The notes under the pieces: generated by a model
Databases searched by the model: none
What the model saw: the letters and a program-made list of their open reading frames with translations, nothing else
Told to the model about the DNA's origin: nothing
Part shown: positions 1-10,565 of the stretch, piece by piece
How positions within the stretch are numbered: position 1 is the first letter of the stretch
Layout: each line of letters opens with the position of its first letter
Program-made: the position numbers and the translations under genes
Assembly: GCF_001644705.1 (NCBI RefSeq)
Contig: NZ_CP015137.1
Location: 1,050,001 to 1,082,000 of the forward strand
DNA length: 32,000 nucleotides
Direction of reading: 5' to 3'
Source: Dickeya solani IPO 2222
Lineage (GTDB): Bacteria > Pseudomonadota > Gammaproteobacteria > Enterobacterales > Enterobacteriaceae

Positions 1-520
1 TGAAGTTGCGCAACTCGCCGGCACGGGCTTTCCTGTATAACCCTTTGGGGTCGCGGGCTTCACAAATAGCAAGCGGTGTATCGACGAACACTTCAAGAAA
101 CTGCTCCTGATCAAGCAGTTCTCGCACCATCTGCCTTTCAGCACGGTGCGGAGAGATAAATGCGGTTAATACAACCAGTCCGGCATCGACCATCAACCGG
201 GCCACTTCCCCCACCCGGCGGATGTTCTCACGCCGGTCGTCATCGCTGAATCCCAGATCCCGACACAACCCATGCCGGACGTTATCGCCATCCAGCAAAT
301 AGGTGCTAACGCCACGGGCAAACAAGGCCTGCTCCAGTGCGCCGGCCAGCGTAGATTTGCCGGAACCGGACAGCCCAGTGAACCACACCACCACGCCACG
401 ATGCCCGTGTTGACGTTCACGGTCTTCGCGCGTGACCACATGGTCGTGCCACACTACATTGTCATTGGCCGGCATATTGTCATTGGCCAGCGCGTCCGGC
501 CGGGAAGGCGTTTGCGTCAC
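1..520 (-). CDS. cysC: Adenylyl-sulfate (APS) kinase CysC; the 3' end runs off the left edge of the window
   Basis: This frame is missing from the ORF track because no stop lies in the window; I translated it myself. It reads ..[129 protein letters not shown]. That is collinear with E. coli CysC as recalled, including the P-loop GLSGSGKST. The start is ambiguous. GTG at 520 has GGAGG 8 nt upstream and lies 1 nt after the cysN TAA. ATG at 475 aligns with E. coli Met1. Confidence 0.93.
   Translation of the reverse strand, partial: MTQTPSRPDALANDNMPANDNVVWHDHVVTREDRERQHGHRGVVVWFTGLSGSGKSTLAGALEQALFARGVSTYLLDGDNVRHGLCRDLGFSDDDRRENIRRVGEVARLMVDAGLVVLTAFISPHRAERQMVRELLDQEQFLEVFVDTPLAICEARDPKGLYRKARAGELRNF
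458..493. repeat. 18-bp tandem duplication spanning the cysC start region
   Basis: ATTGTCATTGGCC occurs at 458-470 and again at 476-488, a perfect 13-mer with an 18-nt period. On the coding strand it encodes ALANDN / MPANDN directly before the conserved VVWH. Confidence 0.85.
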
Positions 521-521
521 G

Positions 522-1949
522 TTATTTTCCTCCCAGCAGGTCGCGCGCGCCCCAATGCGGGAAGTGGCGGCGAATCAACGCATTCAGTTCCAGCTCAAAA
601 GCGCTGTAGCTGCCTGCTTCCGGCTCCTCCATCTCGACCGGCTCACGCACCAGTCCGGCGCCGACCGTCACGTTGCTCAGGCGATCGATGAAAATCATGC
701 CGCCGGTGACAGGGTTTTGCTGATATTTTTCCAGCACCAGCGGTTCATCAAAGGTCAACTCGACCAGCCCAATTCCATTGAGCGGCAGCGACTCGGTAAC
801 CCGCTGGGTCAGGGTATTGATTTCCACCTGATAGTCGATGTTTTCCACCCGCGCACGCGTTTTCTTACCGGCAATTTTGATGTCGTAGCTTTGTCCCGGC
901 ACCAGCGGCTGCTCCGCCATCCAGACCACATCCACCTTCGCGCCGCGTACCGACTGGAGCGTTTCCTCGCTACCGACCAGCAGATCGCCCCGGCTGATAT
1001 CGACTTCGCTGGACAACACCAGCGTCACCGCTTCGCCAGCCTGCGCCTGTTGCAGGTCGCCATCAAAGGTGACGATGCGGCTGACGCTGGACTCCACACC
1101 GGACGGCAGCACCTTCACACGCTGTCCGACCCGCACCACGCCAGACGCCACCGTGCCGGCATAGCCGCGAAAATCCAGGTTCGGGCGGTTGACATACTGC
1201 ACCGGAAAACGCATCGGCTGACTCAGGCTGCGGGAGGAAACATTGACCGTCTCCAGCACATCCAAAAGCGTCGGGCCGTGGTACCAGCTCATGGTCGTGC
1301 CCGGCGTCGCGACATTGTCGCCATCCAGCGCGGAAATCGGCACAAACGTAATATTCAGATCCGCTGGCAGCTGACCGGCGAAGTCCAGATAGTCCTGCTT
1401 GAACTGCTCAAAGACCACCTGCTGATACCCCACCAGATCCATCTTGTTGACCGCCACCACCAGATGGCGAATGCCCAACAGCGTGGCGATAAAACTGTGG
1501 CGGCGGGTTTGATCCAGCACGCCCTTGCGCGCGTCGATCAGCAGAATCGCCAGTTCGCAGGTGGACGCGCCGGTCGCCATGTTGCGGGTGTACTGCTCAT
1601 GCCCCGGCGTATCGGCGATGATGAACTTGCGTTTCTCCGTGGAAAAATAGCGGTAAGCCACATCAATGGTGATGCCCTGCTCGCGCTCTGCTTGCAAGCC
1701 GTCCACCAGCAGCGCCAGATCGAGCTTTTCGCCCTGGGTGCCAAGGCGCTTACTGTCATTGTGCAGCGTAGAAAGCTGATCTTCGTAAATCTGACGGGTA
1801 TCGTGCAACAACCGACCAATCAGGGTACTTTTGCCATCGTCAACGCTGCCACAGGTCAGAAAACGCAACAGGCTTTTGTTCTGCTGTGCGTGAAGATAAG
1901 CCTCAACCCCGCCCTGATCAGCAATCTGTTTTGCAATACTATGATTCAT
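522..1949 (-). CDS. cysN: Sulfate adenylyltransferase subunit 1 (GTPase) CysN
   Basis: The 475-aa ORF is nearly collinear with E. coli CysN as recalled ([33 protein letters not shown]..). GTPase motifs [14 protein letters not shown] and NKMD are present. It is flanked by cysD and cysC. Confidence 0.98.
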   Translation of the reverse strand: MNHSIAKQIADQGGVEAYLHAQQNKSLLRFLTCGSVDDGKSTLIGRLLHDTRQIYEDQLSTLHNDSKRLGTQGEKLDLALLVDGLQAEREQGITIDVAYRYFSTEKRKFIIADTPGHEQYTRNMATGASTCELAILLIDARKGVLDQTRRHSFIATLLGIRHLVVAVNKMDLVGYQQVVFEQFKQDYLDFAGQLPADLNITFVPISALDGDNVATPGTTMSWYHGPTLLDVLETVNVSSRSLSQPMRFPVQYVNRPNLDFRGYAGTVASGVVRVGQRVKVLPSGVESSVSRIVTFDGDLQQAQAGEAVTLVLSSEVDISRGDLLVGSEETLQSVRGAKVDVVWMAEQPLVPGQSYDIKIAGKKTRARVENIDYQVEINTLTQRVTESLPLNGIGLVELTFDEPLVLEKYQQNPVTGGMIFIDRLSNVTVGAGLVREPVEMEEPEAGSYSAFELELNALIRRHFPHWGARDLLGGK

Positions 1950-1960
1950 TTGACGATTCC

Positions 1961-2869
1961 TCAGAAATACCCTTGACGCTTTTTCAGCTCCATGGAGCCG
2001 GCCTGATCGCGGTCAATCACCCGTCCCTGACGCTCGCTGGTAGTCGACACCAGCATCTCTTCAATGATTTCCGGCAGCGTCTGCGCCTGTGATTCCACCG
2101 CGCCGGTCAATGGCCAGCAGCCGAGCGTACGGAAACGCACCATGCGCTGGGCAATCACCTCGCCCGGTTGCAGGTCGATGCGGTCGTCATCCACCATCAG
2201 CAACATGCCGTCGCGCTCCAGTACCGGACGCTCAGCGGCCAGATACAGCGGCACGATATCGATATTTTCCAGATAGATGTACTGCCAGATATCCAGTTCG
2301 GTCCAGTTGGACAACGGGAACACGCGGATGCTCTCGCCCTTATTGATCTGGCCGTTATAGTTGTTCCACAGCTCCGGGCGCTGATTCTTCGGGTCCCAGC
2401 GATGGAAACGATCGCGGAAAGAATAGATACGCTCCTTGGCGCGAGATTTTTCCTCATCACGGCGAGCGCCGCCGAACGCAGCGTCAAAACCGTACTTGTC
2501 CAGCGCTTGCTTCAACCCTTCGGTTTTCATAATGTCGGTGTGCTTGGCGCTGCCGTGCACAAACGGGTTGATACCCATCGCTACCCCTTCCGGGTTGCGG
2601 TGCACCAACAGTTCGCAGCCGTAGGCTTTGGCAGTACTATCACGAAATTGGTACATTTCGCGGAATTTCCAGCCGGTATCCACATGCAGTAACGGGAACG
2701 GCAGCGTGCCCGGAAAGAACGCCTTACGGGCCAGATGCAGCATCACGGAGGAGTCCTTACCGATGGAATACAGCATCACCGGGTTGCTGAACTCAGCCGC
2801 GACCTCACGAATGATATGAATACTTTCCGCTTCAAGCTGTTTTAAATGCGTGAGTCTTTTCTCGTCCAT
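1961..2869 (-). CDS. cysD: Sulfate adenylyltransferase subunit 2 CysD
   Basis: The ORF is 302 aa with the PP-loop-type motif [13 protein letters not shown] and the C-terminus ..ELKKRQGYF. Its stop lies 11 nt before the cysN ATG. Confidence 0.98.
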   Translation of the reverse strand: MDEKRLTHLKQLEAESIHIIREVAAEFSNPVMLYSIGKDSSVMLHLARKAFFPGTLPFPLLHVDTGWKFREMYQFRDSTAKAYGCELLVHRNPEGVAMGINPFVHGSAKHTDIMKTEGLKQALDKYGFDAAFGGARRDEEKSRAKERIYSFRDRFHRWDPKNQRPELWNNYNGQINKGESIRVFPLSNWTELDIWQYIYLENIDIVPLYLAAERPVLERDGMLLMVDDDRIDLQPGEVIAQRMVRFRTLGCWPLTGAVESQAQTLPEIIEEMLVSTTSERQGRVIDRDQAGSMELKKRQGYF

Positions 2870-2879
2870 AACCTTAACC

Positions 2880-4301
2880 TTAAGCCAGATTCACCACGGC
2901 CGAGCGCCCGTCAGTCGGCGTCATCCGCGCTTGTTCACCAAACCACGCGATGTGTTGATGCAAATTCACCACCTCGCCAATCACCAGCAGCGCCGGCGTC
3001 GGAGCCTGCTGCGCCAGTTGTTCCAGTTCCGCCAGCATCCCGATTAGCACCTGTTGATCCTGTCGCGTGCCGCGGCCGATGACCGCCACCGGCGTATGCG
3101 GCGCCCGACCATGCGCAATCAGTTGCTGGCTGATTTCCGCCGACTTGACCGTGCCCATGTAGATAGCCAGCGTTTGTCGACCGCGCGCCAGCGTCGACCA
3201 GTCCAGCGCATCGCCATCCGGGCGGCAGTGCCCGGTGATGAATATCACACTCTGCGCGTAATCACGGTGCGTCAGCGGAATGCCGGCATACGCCGTGGCG
3301 CCAGCCGCCGCGGTGATGCCCGGCACCACCTGAAACGGAATGCCCGCCTGCGCCACCTGCTGCAACTCTTCGCCGCCGCGACCAAAAATAAAAGGATCGC
3401 CGCCTTTCAACCGCACTACCCGTTTGCCTTCCTGCGCCAGCTTCACCAGCAGCGCGTTAATCTCGTCTTGCGGCAGCAGATGCGCGCTGGCGCGTTTGCC
3501 GACGCAAATCCGCTCCGCATCGCGACGCACCAGATCCAGCACCTCATCGCTGACCAGATGATCGTAAAGCACCACATCCGCCTGCTGAATCACCTGCAAG
3601 CCGCGCAGCGTCAGCAAACCGGCATCGCCCGGCCCGGCGCCCACCAGCGCCACCTCGCCTTGCCGGACATCAGGCTGCGCCAGTTGCAGCGCCAGTTCCT
3701 GCTCGGCCTGCGCCAGTTGTCCGGCAGCCACCAGACTGGAAAAACGACCGGTAAAAATGCGTTCCCAAAAACGACGGCGTTCCGTTACCGACGCCAGCCG
3801 CTGCTTAATGCGGCTGCGCCATTTTCCGGCCAGTTCCGCCATGTGCCCCAGACGGGCAGGCAACAGCGCCTCCAGTTTTTCCCGCAGCAAACGCGCCAGC
3901 ACCGGCGCCTGACCGCCGGACGAAATCGCCACCATCAGCGGCGAGCGATCAATCAGCGAGGGAAAAATGAATGAGCATTTGGGCTGGTCATCCACCACGT
4001 TGACCAGCAACTGGCGGCGATTGGCTTCCTCGAATACCGTGGCATTCAGCGCGGCATCATCGGTCGCGGCAATCACCAGAAATACGTTATCCAGCAGCGC
4101 AGGCGAGAACTCCTGCGCTACCCATGCCAGCCGGCCCGCCTGATGCTGAGCGTGCAGCGGTTCGCACAGCGACCGCGCCGCTACACGAACATCAGCCCCG
4201 GCGCGTTGCAGTAGGTCAATCTTGCGGGTTGCCACCTCACCGCCCCCGACAACCAGCACAGGGCGTTGCCGGAGATCGGCGAATATAGGGAGATAGTTCA
4301 C
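2880..4301 (-). CDS. cysG: Siroheme synthase CysG (uroporphyrinogen-III methyltransferase / precorrin-2 dehydrogenase / ferrochelatase)
   Basis: The ORF is 473 aa with a GTG start (cac at 4299-4301). The N-terminus carries the Rossmann motif VVGGGEVA. The C-terminal methyltransferase motifs are [13 protein letters not shown] and [16 protein letters not shown]. Its stop lies 10 nt before the cysD ATG. Confidence 0.96.
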   Translation of the reverse strand: MNYLPIFADLRQRPVLVVGGGEVATRKIDLLQRAGADVRVAARSLCEPLHAQHQAGRLAWVAQEFSPALLDNVFLVIAATDDAALNATVFEEANRRQLLVNVVDDQPKCSFIFPSLIDRSPLMVAISSGGQAPVLARLLREKLEALLPARLGHMAELAGKWRSRIKQRLASVTERRRFWERIFTGRFSSLVAAGQLAQAEQELALQLAQPDVRQGEVALVGAGPGDAGLLTLRGLQVIQQADVVLYDHLVSDEVLDLVRRDAERICVGKRASAHLLPQDEINALLVKLAQEGKRVVRLKGGDPFIFGRGGEELQQVAQAGIPFQVVPGITAAAGATAYAGIPLTHRDYAQSVIFITGHCRPDGDALDWSTLARGRQTLAIYMGTVKSAEISQQLIAHGRAPHTPVAVIGRGTRQDQQVLIGMLAELEQLAQQAPTPALLVIGEVVNLHQHIAWFGEQARMTPTDGRSAVVNLA

Positions 4302-4533
4302 AGATGCCTTTACTAAGCTAAAAATTCTATAAAGCGACTATAAAGCGTGAAGAGAAAGGTTATGAAATGCCGAATTAGTATGATTAGTTCCGTAATGGAA
4401 TAACAAACTATGCGGAAAAGAATAAAAACACCTAATAACTGATTTCCCAGTGTTTCCAGACAAATGCTTCCATACCTTCCCGCTCATGGCCGCCGGAAAG
4501 AGAGATCCCGCCGGAGTATAACCTCAAACCCTC
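4302..4533 (-). promoter_or_regulatory. AT-rich spacer between the cysH stop and cysG start; probable promoter region for cysG-cysDNC
   Basis: This 232-bp non-coding gap is visibly AT-rich, especially 4302-4460. It lies upstream of a co-directional four-gene unit. I found no strong hairpin with a U-tract after cysH. Specific -35/-10 or CysB sites could not be assigned by eye. Confidence 0.4.
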
Positions 4534-5268
4534 CTAACCTTCATGCAGTCCGCATTCGCGTTTCAGGCCGAAGAAGCGGGTTTCTTCCTCGCTCATGCCC
4601 GGTTCCCACTTGCGGGTGGTATGAGTATCGCCCACCGACAGATAGCCTTGTTCCCATAGCGGGTGGTAGCTCAATCCGTTGGCTTTCAGGTACTGGTACA
4701 CCGTGCGGTTATCCCAGTCGATAATCGGCAAGAACTTGAATACGCCGCGTTTGATCGCCAGCACAGGCAACCCTTCGCGGCTGCCCGACTGTTCGCGGCG
4801 CAGACCGGCGAACCAGGTGCCGACGTGCAGATCTTGCAACGCCCGATCCATCGGCTCGACTTTATTGATCTGGTTATACTGCTCAATGCCTGTCAGCCCC
4901 TGCTCCCACAGTTTGCCGTAACGCGCCTCCTGCCAGGCGGGAGACTGTGCGGCACGGTAAACCTGAAGGTTAAGACCCAACTGTTCGGTCAGTTGATCGA
5001 TGAACTGATACGTCTCCGTAAACAGATAACCGGTATCGGTGAGGATCACCGGAATATCCGGCCGCTGTCGGGTAACCAGATGCAGGCATACCGCCGCCTG
5101 AATGCCGAAACTGGAGGAAAGTACACACTCGCCCGGCAGGTTTTCCAGCGCCCAGCTGACGCGCTCCTGCGCAGACAGATTCTCCAACTGTTCGTTGACG
5201 CCCGCCAGCGCGGCGGCCTGTTCCGGTTTGGGCAAGGCGCGCAGCGCCTCCAGATTCAGCGTAGACAT
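4534..5268 (-). CDS. cysH: Phosphoadenosine phosphosulfate (PAPS) reductase CysH
   Basis: The ORF is 244 aa with the C-terminal redox motif KRECGLHEG. It lies 12 nt downstream of the cysI stop. Confidence 0.97.
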   Translation of the reverse strand: MSTLNLEALRALPKPEQAAALAGVNEQLENLSAQERVSWALENLPGECVLSSSFGIQAAVCLHLVTRQRPDIPVILTDTGYLFTETYQFIDQLTEQLGLNLQVYRAAQSPAWQEARYGKLWEQGLTGIEQYNQINKVEPMDRALQDLHVGTWFAGLRREQSGSREGLPVLAIKRGVFKFLPIIDWDNRTVYQYLKANGLSYHPLWEQGYLSVGDTHTTRKWEPGMSEEETRFFGLKRECGLHEG

Positions 5269-5280
5269 CAGGTTCTCCTG

Positions 5281-6996
5281 TCAGTCGTAAAAATCAACGG
5301 CGGGGTCCAGCACCGGTTTAATGATGCCGACACGGATCGTAAAATCGCCAAACCCTTCGCCGCTCTCGCGTTCGCTGGCCCAGCGCCCGACCAGTTGGTC
5401 GATGTCGGCCAGAATCTCTTTCTCGGTGATGTTCTCCCGGTACATGCGCGGAATACGCGTGCCTTCGCGGTTACCACCGATATGCAGGTTGTAGCGGCCG
5501 ATGGCTTTACCCACCAGCCCGATTTCCGCCAGCATGGCGCGGCCACAGCCATTAGGGCAGCCGGTCACGCGCAACACGATATGGTCATCACCCACGCCGT
5601 GTTTCTGCATAATGCCTTCCACATGCGTGACAAACTCCGGCAGGAAGCGCTCCGCCTCCGCCATCGCCAGCGGGCAGGTCGGCAGCGATACGCAGGCCAT
5701 CGAGTTCTGCCGCTGCTCGGTGACGCTATCGTCGATCAGGCCGTGCTGGCGCGCCAGCGCTTCGATTTTGGCTTTGTCGCGAGTGGCGACGCCGGCCACA
5801 ATCAGGTTCTGGTTGGCGGTAAGCCGGAAATCGCCTTTATGGATTTTGGCGATTTCCGCCATGCCGGTTTTCAGCGAGCGCCCCGGATAATCCAGAATGC
5901 GACCGTTTTCAATGAACAGAGTCAGGTGCCATTTATTATCGATCCCCTTCACCCAGCCGATACGATCGCCGCGACCGGTGAAGACGTACGGACGAACGGG
6001 TTCGAAAGTGATGCCGGCGCGGCGCTCCACTTCCTGTTTGAAGGTCTCCACGCCCACCCGTTCCAGCGTGTATTTAGTCTTGGCGTTCTTGCGGTTGGTG
6101 CGATTGCCCCAGTCGCGCTGAGTGGTCACCACCGCCTCCGCCACCGCCAGCGTATGCGCTAGTGGAATATAGCCCAACTCGCTGGCCGTGCGCGGATAGG
6201 TCGCCTTGTCGCCGTGGGCGATAGACAGGCCGCCGCCCACCAATACGTTAAAACCTACCAGTTGATTGTTATCTGAAATGGCAACAAAGTTTAAATCGTT
6301 GGCGTGCAGATCCACATCGTTCTGCGGCGGGATCACCACCGTGGTCTTGAACTTGCGCGGCAGGTAGGTCGCCCCCAGAATCGGCTCCTCGTCGGTGGTG
6401 GCGACTTTTTCCTTATCCAGCCACACCTCGGCGTAGGCGCGGGTGCGCGGCAGCAGGTGTTCAGAAATCGTCTTTGCCCATTCATAGGCCTGCTGATGCA
6501 GTTCTGACTCCACCGGGTTAGAGGTACACAGCACGTTACGGTTGACGTCGTTGGCGGTCGCCAGCGCATCCAACCCAACCTCATGCAGTAGCTGATGAGC
6601 GGATTTCAGGTCGGACTTCAGAATGCCGTGAAACTGGAACGTCTGGCGGTTGGTGATACGGATGCTGCCGTACAGCGTCTTTTCACCAGCGAACTGGTCG
6701 ATGCCGAGCCACTGCTTCGGCGTCATCACCCCACCCGGCAGGCGGCAACGCAGCATCATGGCATGACGCGGTTCCAGCTTTTGTTCTGCACGCTCAGCGC
6801 GAATATCGCGGTCATCCTGCTGATACATGCCGTGAAAGCGAATCAGCAGAAAGTTGTCGCCGTTAAAGCCGCCGGTCAGGCCGTCGCTCAAATCTTCCGT
6901 AATCGTACCGCGCAGGTAATTGCTTTCCAGCTTAAGGCGCTCGGCGTCAGCCAGCTTGCCCTCGACCACCAGCGGACCAGAATATCTTTCGCTCAT
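5281..6996 (-). CDS. cysI: Sulfite reductase (NADPH) hemoprotein beta-component CysI
   Basis: The ORF is 571 aa with siroheme/4Fe-4S cysteine clusters [17 protein letters not shown] and TGCPNGCGR. Its ATG overlaps the cysJ stop (TAATG at 6994-6998). Confidence 0.98.
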   Translation of the reverse strand: MSERYSGPLVVEGKLADAERLKLESNYLRGTITEDLSDGLTGGFNGDNFLLIRFHGMYQQDDRDIRAERAEQKLEPRHAMMLRCRLPGGVMTPKQWLGIDQFAGEKTLYGSIRITNRQTFQFHGILKSDLKSAHQLLHEVGLDALATANDVNRNVLCTSNPVESELHQQAYEWAKTISEHLLPRTRAYAEVWLDKEKVATTDEEPILGATYLPRKFKTTVVIPPQNDVDLHANDLNFVAISDNNQLVGFNVLVGGGLSIAHGDKATYPRTASELGYIPLAHTLAVAEAVVTTQRDWGNRTNRKNAKTKYTLERVGVETFKQEVERRAGITFEPVRPYVFTGRGDRIGWVKGIDNKWHLTLFIENGRILDYPGRSLKTGMAEIAKIHKGDFRLTANQNLIVAGVATRDKAKIEALARQHGLIDDSVTEQRQNSMACVSLPTCPLAMAEAERFLPEFVTHVEGIMQKHGVGDDHIVLRVTGCPNGCGRAMLAEIGLVGKAIGRYNLHIGGNREGTRIPRMYRENITEKEILADIDQLVGRWASERESGEGFGDFTIRVGIIKPVLDPAVDFYD

Positions 6997-8819
6997 TAGT
7001 ACACATCTCTCTGATAACGCCGCTCAAGACGCAGCTCGCTTAAAAACTCATCCGCCTGTTCGACGTCCATTGCGCCGTGTTCAACCGCCACGGCCAGCAA
7101 CGCCTGCTCCACATCTTTCGCCATGCGATTGGCGTCGCCGCAGACATAAATATGGGCGCCATCCTGAATCCAGCGCCACACATCCGCACCTTTTTCACGG
7201 ATTTTGTCCTGTACGTAGACCTTGTGGTCCTGATCGCGCGACCAGGCCAGGTCGATATCCGTCAGCAGCCCATCTTTCACGTAGCGCTGCCACTCCACCT
7301 GATAGAGGAAATCTTCGGTAAAGTGCGGGTTGCCGAAGAACAGCCAGTTTTTGCCGCCGGCGCCGTCAGCCTCACGCTGCTGCATAAACGCACGGAATGG
7401 CGCGATGCCGGTACCCGGACCAATCATGATTACCGGCGTTTCGGGGTTGGCAGGCAGTCGGAAATTGTCATTGTGTTCAATGAACACGCGAACGTCGCCG
7501 TCCTCTTCCAGCCGGTCCGACAGATAGCCTGACGCGCCGCCGCTACGCGCACGGCCTTCATACTCATAACGCACGGCGCCAACGGTGATGTGCACTTCGC
7601 TGCCGACATCGTCCTGGGACGAAGCGATGGAGTAGAGACGCGGCGTCAACGGACGCAGCAGCCCGATGAGCTGTTCCGGCGTCAGTTCCACCGGCGCGTC
7701 GCGCACCATGTCCACCAGCGGAGTACGCTGTGCGTACTGCTGTAGCGCGGATTTATCGGCAACCAGCTCCAATAGCGTCTCGTTGCGGGACAATGCCGCG
7801 TATTTGGCGACAATCGGCGCAGTGTTTTGCGTCAGCTCGAAATGGCGTTGCAGCGCCTCGGCCAACGGCAGAGAATTGCCGTCCACAAGGACGGACTCGT
7901 CGCCTTTCAGCCACAACAGCCCCAGCAGTTCCTGCACCAGCGCCGGGGAGTTCTCATACCACACGCCCAGCGCATCACCCGGCTGATAATGCAGACCGGA
8001 GTCGCCCAGATCGATTTCGATATGACGAACGTCTTTCTCTGAATTGCGGCCGGTGATTTTCTGGTTAACCGCCAGCGACGCGGTATAAGGGGCATCCTTG
8101 TGATACGGGCTGGTGGTGATGGCGTTGACCTGGCCGCTGGCCGCGGTTTGCACCGCCACCGCCGTCTGGCTGGCAAAGCGCGCCTTCAAGGTTTCCACCA
8201 CCTGACGGCGCCACTGTTCCGCCAGCGGCTGGAATTCCACATCGGCATCGACGCGATCAAGCAGACGTTCCGCGCCTAACTCAGCCAGACGGCCGTCAAC
8301 ATCCTTACCCGCCTTGCTGAAAAACTCGTAAGAGGTATCGCCGAGGCCAAACACCGCAAACGCGGAGCCCGCCAGCGACGGTGCTTTCTTCGAAAGCAGG
8401 AATTTGTGCAACGCCACGGCTTCTTCCGGCGGTTCCCCTTCGCCCTGCGTCGAGGTGACGACCAACAGCAGTTTTTCCTGCGCGATCTGTTTGAATTTGT
8501 AGTCGCCGGCATTCACCAGCGTCACCGGCAGGTTGGCTGCCAGCAGATCGTCGCGTACCTGCTCCGCCACGCGGCGGGCGTTGCCGGTCTGAGAGGCGGA
8601 AATCAGCGTGATGGCCACCGGCGCCGCTGCGTCAGCAACGGGTGCCACCGTCGTGGCCGGTGCGGCAACCGCGCCGGGTTGTTGCTGAATCACGCCCCAG
8701 AAATAGCCGGACAACCAGGCCAGTTGCGTCGGTGAAAGATCACCGGTCGCGGCCTGAAGGCGCGAAAGTTGCTCCGCGCTCAATGGGAGCAGCGGAGTCG
8801 GAGAAGCCGGAGTTGTCAT
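6996..8819 (-). CDS. cysJ: Sulfite reductase (NADPH) flavoprotein alpha-component CysJ
   Basis: The ORF track starts at a TTG at 8873. I trimmed to ATG 8819 because [22 protein letters not shown] aligns with the E. coli CysJ N-terminus as recalled. Motifs present are flavodoxin [20 protein letters not shown] and [17 protein letters not shown]. Confidence 0.96.
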   Translation of the reverse strand: MTTPASPTPLLPLSAEQLSRLQAATGDLSPTQLAWLSGYFWGVIQQQPGAVAAPATTVAPVADAAAPVAITLISASQTGNARRVAEQVRDDLLAANLPVTLVNAGDYKFKQIAQEKLLLVVTSTQGEGEPPEEAVALHKFLLSKKAPSLAGSAFAVFGLGDTSYEFFSKAGKDVDGRLAELGAERLLDRVDADVEFQPLAEQWRRQVVETLKARFASQTAVAVQTAASGQVNAITTSPYHKDAPYTASLAVNQKITGRNSEKDVRHIEIDLGDSGLHYQPGDALGVWYENSPALVQELLGLLWLKGDESVLVDGNSLPLAEALQRHFELTQNTAPIVAKYAALSRNETLLELVADKSALQQYAQRTPLVDMVRDAPVELTPEQLIGLLRPLTPRLYSIASSQDDVGSEVHITVGAVRYEYEGRARSGGASGYLSDRLEEDGDVRVFIEHNDNFRLPANPETPVIMIGPGTGIAPFRAFMQQREADGAGGKNWLFFGNPHFTEDFLYQVEWQRYVKDGLLTDIDLAWSRDQDHKVYVQDKIREKGADVWRWIQDGAHIYVCGDANRMAKDVEQALLAVAVEHGAMDVEQADEFLSELRLERRYQRDVY

Positions 8820-9277
8820 TGTGGTGTCGATATCCTTGTTCTGGCTGCGGGCGCTAATGCCGGGTTGCCGCAATAGTCAATTTCATGAAATAGAAAGTCA
8901 GATGGGACATAAGGTAACCACCCCCATCTTAACAATTAAAGACATGATGGAAATATTTAATAACCAAAACGACTAAATGGTTTTTTTGATAACACTTATT
9001 GCTTTAAGTGTTATGGATCACAATTTACTGCATTGATTATTTTGATGTTTATTTTGCGCGATCGCGCTGACGTTACAATCGCCATTCCGTGGCCCTGGGA
9101 GCACACCGATTATGCGGCGGCGTCGCGCGCGGGAGCTGAATACCCAGGATATCTGACACTGGCAGCACATCACCGCGCTGATACTGGCAGAAAGGACAGT
9201 CTGACGTCAGGAAACGTGCTTCACACGGCGCTTTCCGGTAGTATGCGACGGTTTTTGAATGACACGAGAGCCTCACC
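8820..9277. promoter_or_regulatory. Divergent cysJIH / queD control region
   Basis: This 458-bp gap lies between divergent genes. The cysJ-proximal half (about 8880-9060) is AT-rich. It contains a perfect 9-bp inverted repeat ATAACACTT-N8-AAGTGTTAT (8989-9014) and a 7-bp inverted repeat AGATGGG-N16-CCCATCT (8900-8929). The queD-proximal half is GC-rich and carries repeated CTGAC-type motifs. Confidence 0.5.
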
Positions 9278-9646
9278 ATGCCAACCACACTGTTTAAAGA
9301 CTTCCAGTTCGAAGCCGCGCACCGGCTTCCCCATGTGCCGAACGGCCATAAATGCGGCCGCCTGCATGGTCATTCGTTCATGGTTCGTCTGGAAATTACC
9401 GGTGAGGTCGATCCTTATACCGGCTGGGTGATGGATTTCGCCGAGTTGAAAGCCGCGTTCAAACCCACCTGGGAGCGGTTGGATCACCATTACCTGAACG
9501 ACATTCCGGGGCTGGAAAACCCCACCAGCGAAGTGCTGGCGCGCTGGATCTGGCAGCAACTCAAACCGACGCTGCCATTATTAAGCGCGGTGACCGTCAA
9601 GGAAACCTGCACCGCCGGTTGCATCTACCGCGGCGAAGACGACTAA
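9278..9646 (+). CDS. queD: 6-carboxy-5,6,7,8-tetrahydropterin synthase QueD
   Basis: The ORF is 122 aa. The run [55 protein letters not shown] is nearly identical in pattern to E. coli QueD (YgcM) as recalled. GAGAG lies 8 nt upstream of the ATG. Confidence 0.97.
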   Translation: MPTTLFKDFQFEAAHRLPHVPNGHKCGRLHGHSFMVRLEITGEVDPYTGWVMDFAELKAAFKPTWERLDHHYLNDIPGLENPTSEVLARWIWQQLKPTLPLLSAVTVKETCTAGCIYRGEDD

Positions 9647-9653
9647 GTCCGCC

Positions 9654-9672
9654 GCCTGCACGGCTGGCAGGC
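9654..9672. terminator. GC-rich stem-loop between convergent queD and queE
   Basis: GCCTGC-acggctg-GCAGGC forms a 6-bp stem with a 7-nt loop and no U-tract on either strand. It is the only structure in the 39-bp spacer. Confidence 0.3.
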
Positions 9673-9685
9673 AACGCGACACCCA

Positions 9686-10357
9686 TCAGGCAATATTGAG
9701 GTATTTGTGGGTCTGCATCGATAAACGCCAGTTGCGGGCGATGCAGGTTTCAATGCACAGCCGGGTGGCGTCGTCCTTCTGGCTGATCGGCTGCAACGCC
9801 ACCACCCGCGCCTTGTCGTCATCCAACCTCGCCAGCAACGCATCCAACGCCTCGATATCCCGCTCACGCGCCACCGGATGCTTGATTTCATCCGCCCGCT
9901 GCAACGCCTGATCCAACACCGCCAGACCGCCGCGCATATTCACCTTGGGGGAAACCGTCACCCAGCAGTTGGGTGAACAACGCACCTCATGGGTGCCGCT
10001 GGTTTCAATCTGGGTGCTGAACCCCTGTTGTTCCAGCGCCTGCGTCAGCGATGTCAGATCGTGGATACAAGGCTCGCCGCCGGTAATCACGATGTGTCTG
10101 GCGCTATAGCCCTGCAGCGTCATCTGCTGCAACAGTTCCTCGGCGCTGGAACCGCTCCAGGCGTCGCTCTCCCCGCGTTTAACCAGCACCTCCGCCAGCG
10201 AGATCCGCCGCTCCGGCCGTTTTTCCCAGGTGTGTTTGGTATCGCACCAGCTACACCCCACCGGGCACCCTTGCAGGCGGATAAACACCGCCGGAACGCC
10301 GGTGAAAAAACCTTCGCCCTGCAGGGTCTGGAACATTTCGTTAATCGGGTAAAGCAT
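9686..10357 (-). CDS. queE: 7-carboxy-7-deazaguanine synthase QueE (radical SAM)
   Basis: The ORF is 223 aa. It begins MLYPINEMFQTLQGEGFFTGVPAVFIRLQGCPVGCSWCDTKHTWEK and ends ..NWRLSMQTHKYLNIA, collinear with E. coli QueE (YgcF) as recalled. It carries the Cys triad CPVGCSWC. Confidence 0.97.
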   Translation of the reverse strand: MLYPINEMFQTLQGEGFFTGVPAVFIRLQGCPVGCSWCDTKHTWEKRPERRISLAEVLVKRGESDAWSGSSAEELLQQMTLQGYSARHIVITGGEPCIHDLTSLTQALEQQGFSTQIETSGTHEVRCSPNCWVTVSPKVNMRGGLAVLDQALQRADEIKHPVARERDIEALDALLARLDDDKARVVALQPISQKDDATRLCIETCIARNWRLSMQTHKYLNIA

Positions 10358-10565
10358 CGTGTTTCATTATTCCTTCTGGCTAAACCACTATTATCGCCGA
10401 TAGCGGATGCCATGCCAAACCGTCGGATGCGATAACGAATACCGCCGGGTGCGGTAACGAATAAAGAACGGCAGCCGGATATTTGTGCCTGCGCGATTCC
10501 CGGTTAATAATCAACAGGTCACACATGATACGTGTCATACCTCTATTCAAATAAGGAAATGTAAG

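Noticed and set aside
432-1976. A 514-aa plus-strand ORF antisense to cysN
   Set aside because: This is the same shadow-frame effect (1949-434 = 1515, a multiple of 3). The same arithmetic holds for 2168-2692 against cysD, 3054-3974 against cysG, 7077-7532 against cysJ and 10605-11459 against the MBL gene. It also holds for 11913-12614 against rhiN, 12834-13385 and 13941-14486 against rhiT, and 18449-19186 against eno. Likewise for 20715-21380 and the pyrG part of 19305-20375 against pyrG, 26149-27069 against barA, and 30514-31272 against garR.
4302-4533. I expected a CRISPR array, cas genes or iap at the cysH-cysD junction as in E. coli, and I also saw a 49-codon minus-strand ORF (ATG at about 4486)
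   Set aside because: No direct repeats of CRISPR type are present and the gap is only 232 bp. The small ORF has no SD (the upstream sequence is CCGGCGGCC). It lies in AT-rich promoter-like DNA and translates to an implausible sequence.
4663-6162. A 499-aa plus-strand ORF antisense to cysH and cysI
   Set aside because: It is codon-aligned with both genes (5268-4665 = 603 and 6996-6162 = 834, both multiples of 3). Its composition is typical of a shadow frame.
8820-8873. N-terminal extensions suggested by the ORF track, for cysJ and also 10485-10565, 15757-15837, 17942-18010 and 31345-31365
   Set aside because: The extensions start at TTG codons or at poorly placed ATGs. They precede obvious signal peptides or homologue-aligned Met1 residues. 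They also lack SD sequences, while the internal starts have them.
9051-9277. A preQ1 riboswitch upstream of queD
   Set aside because: I cannot recognise the small preQ1 aptamer hairpin or pseudoknot features here. I also know of no enterobacterial queD genes under that riboswitch. Only repeated motifs are reported.
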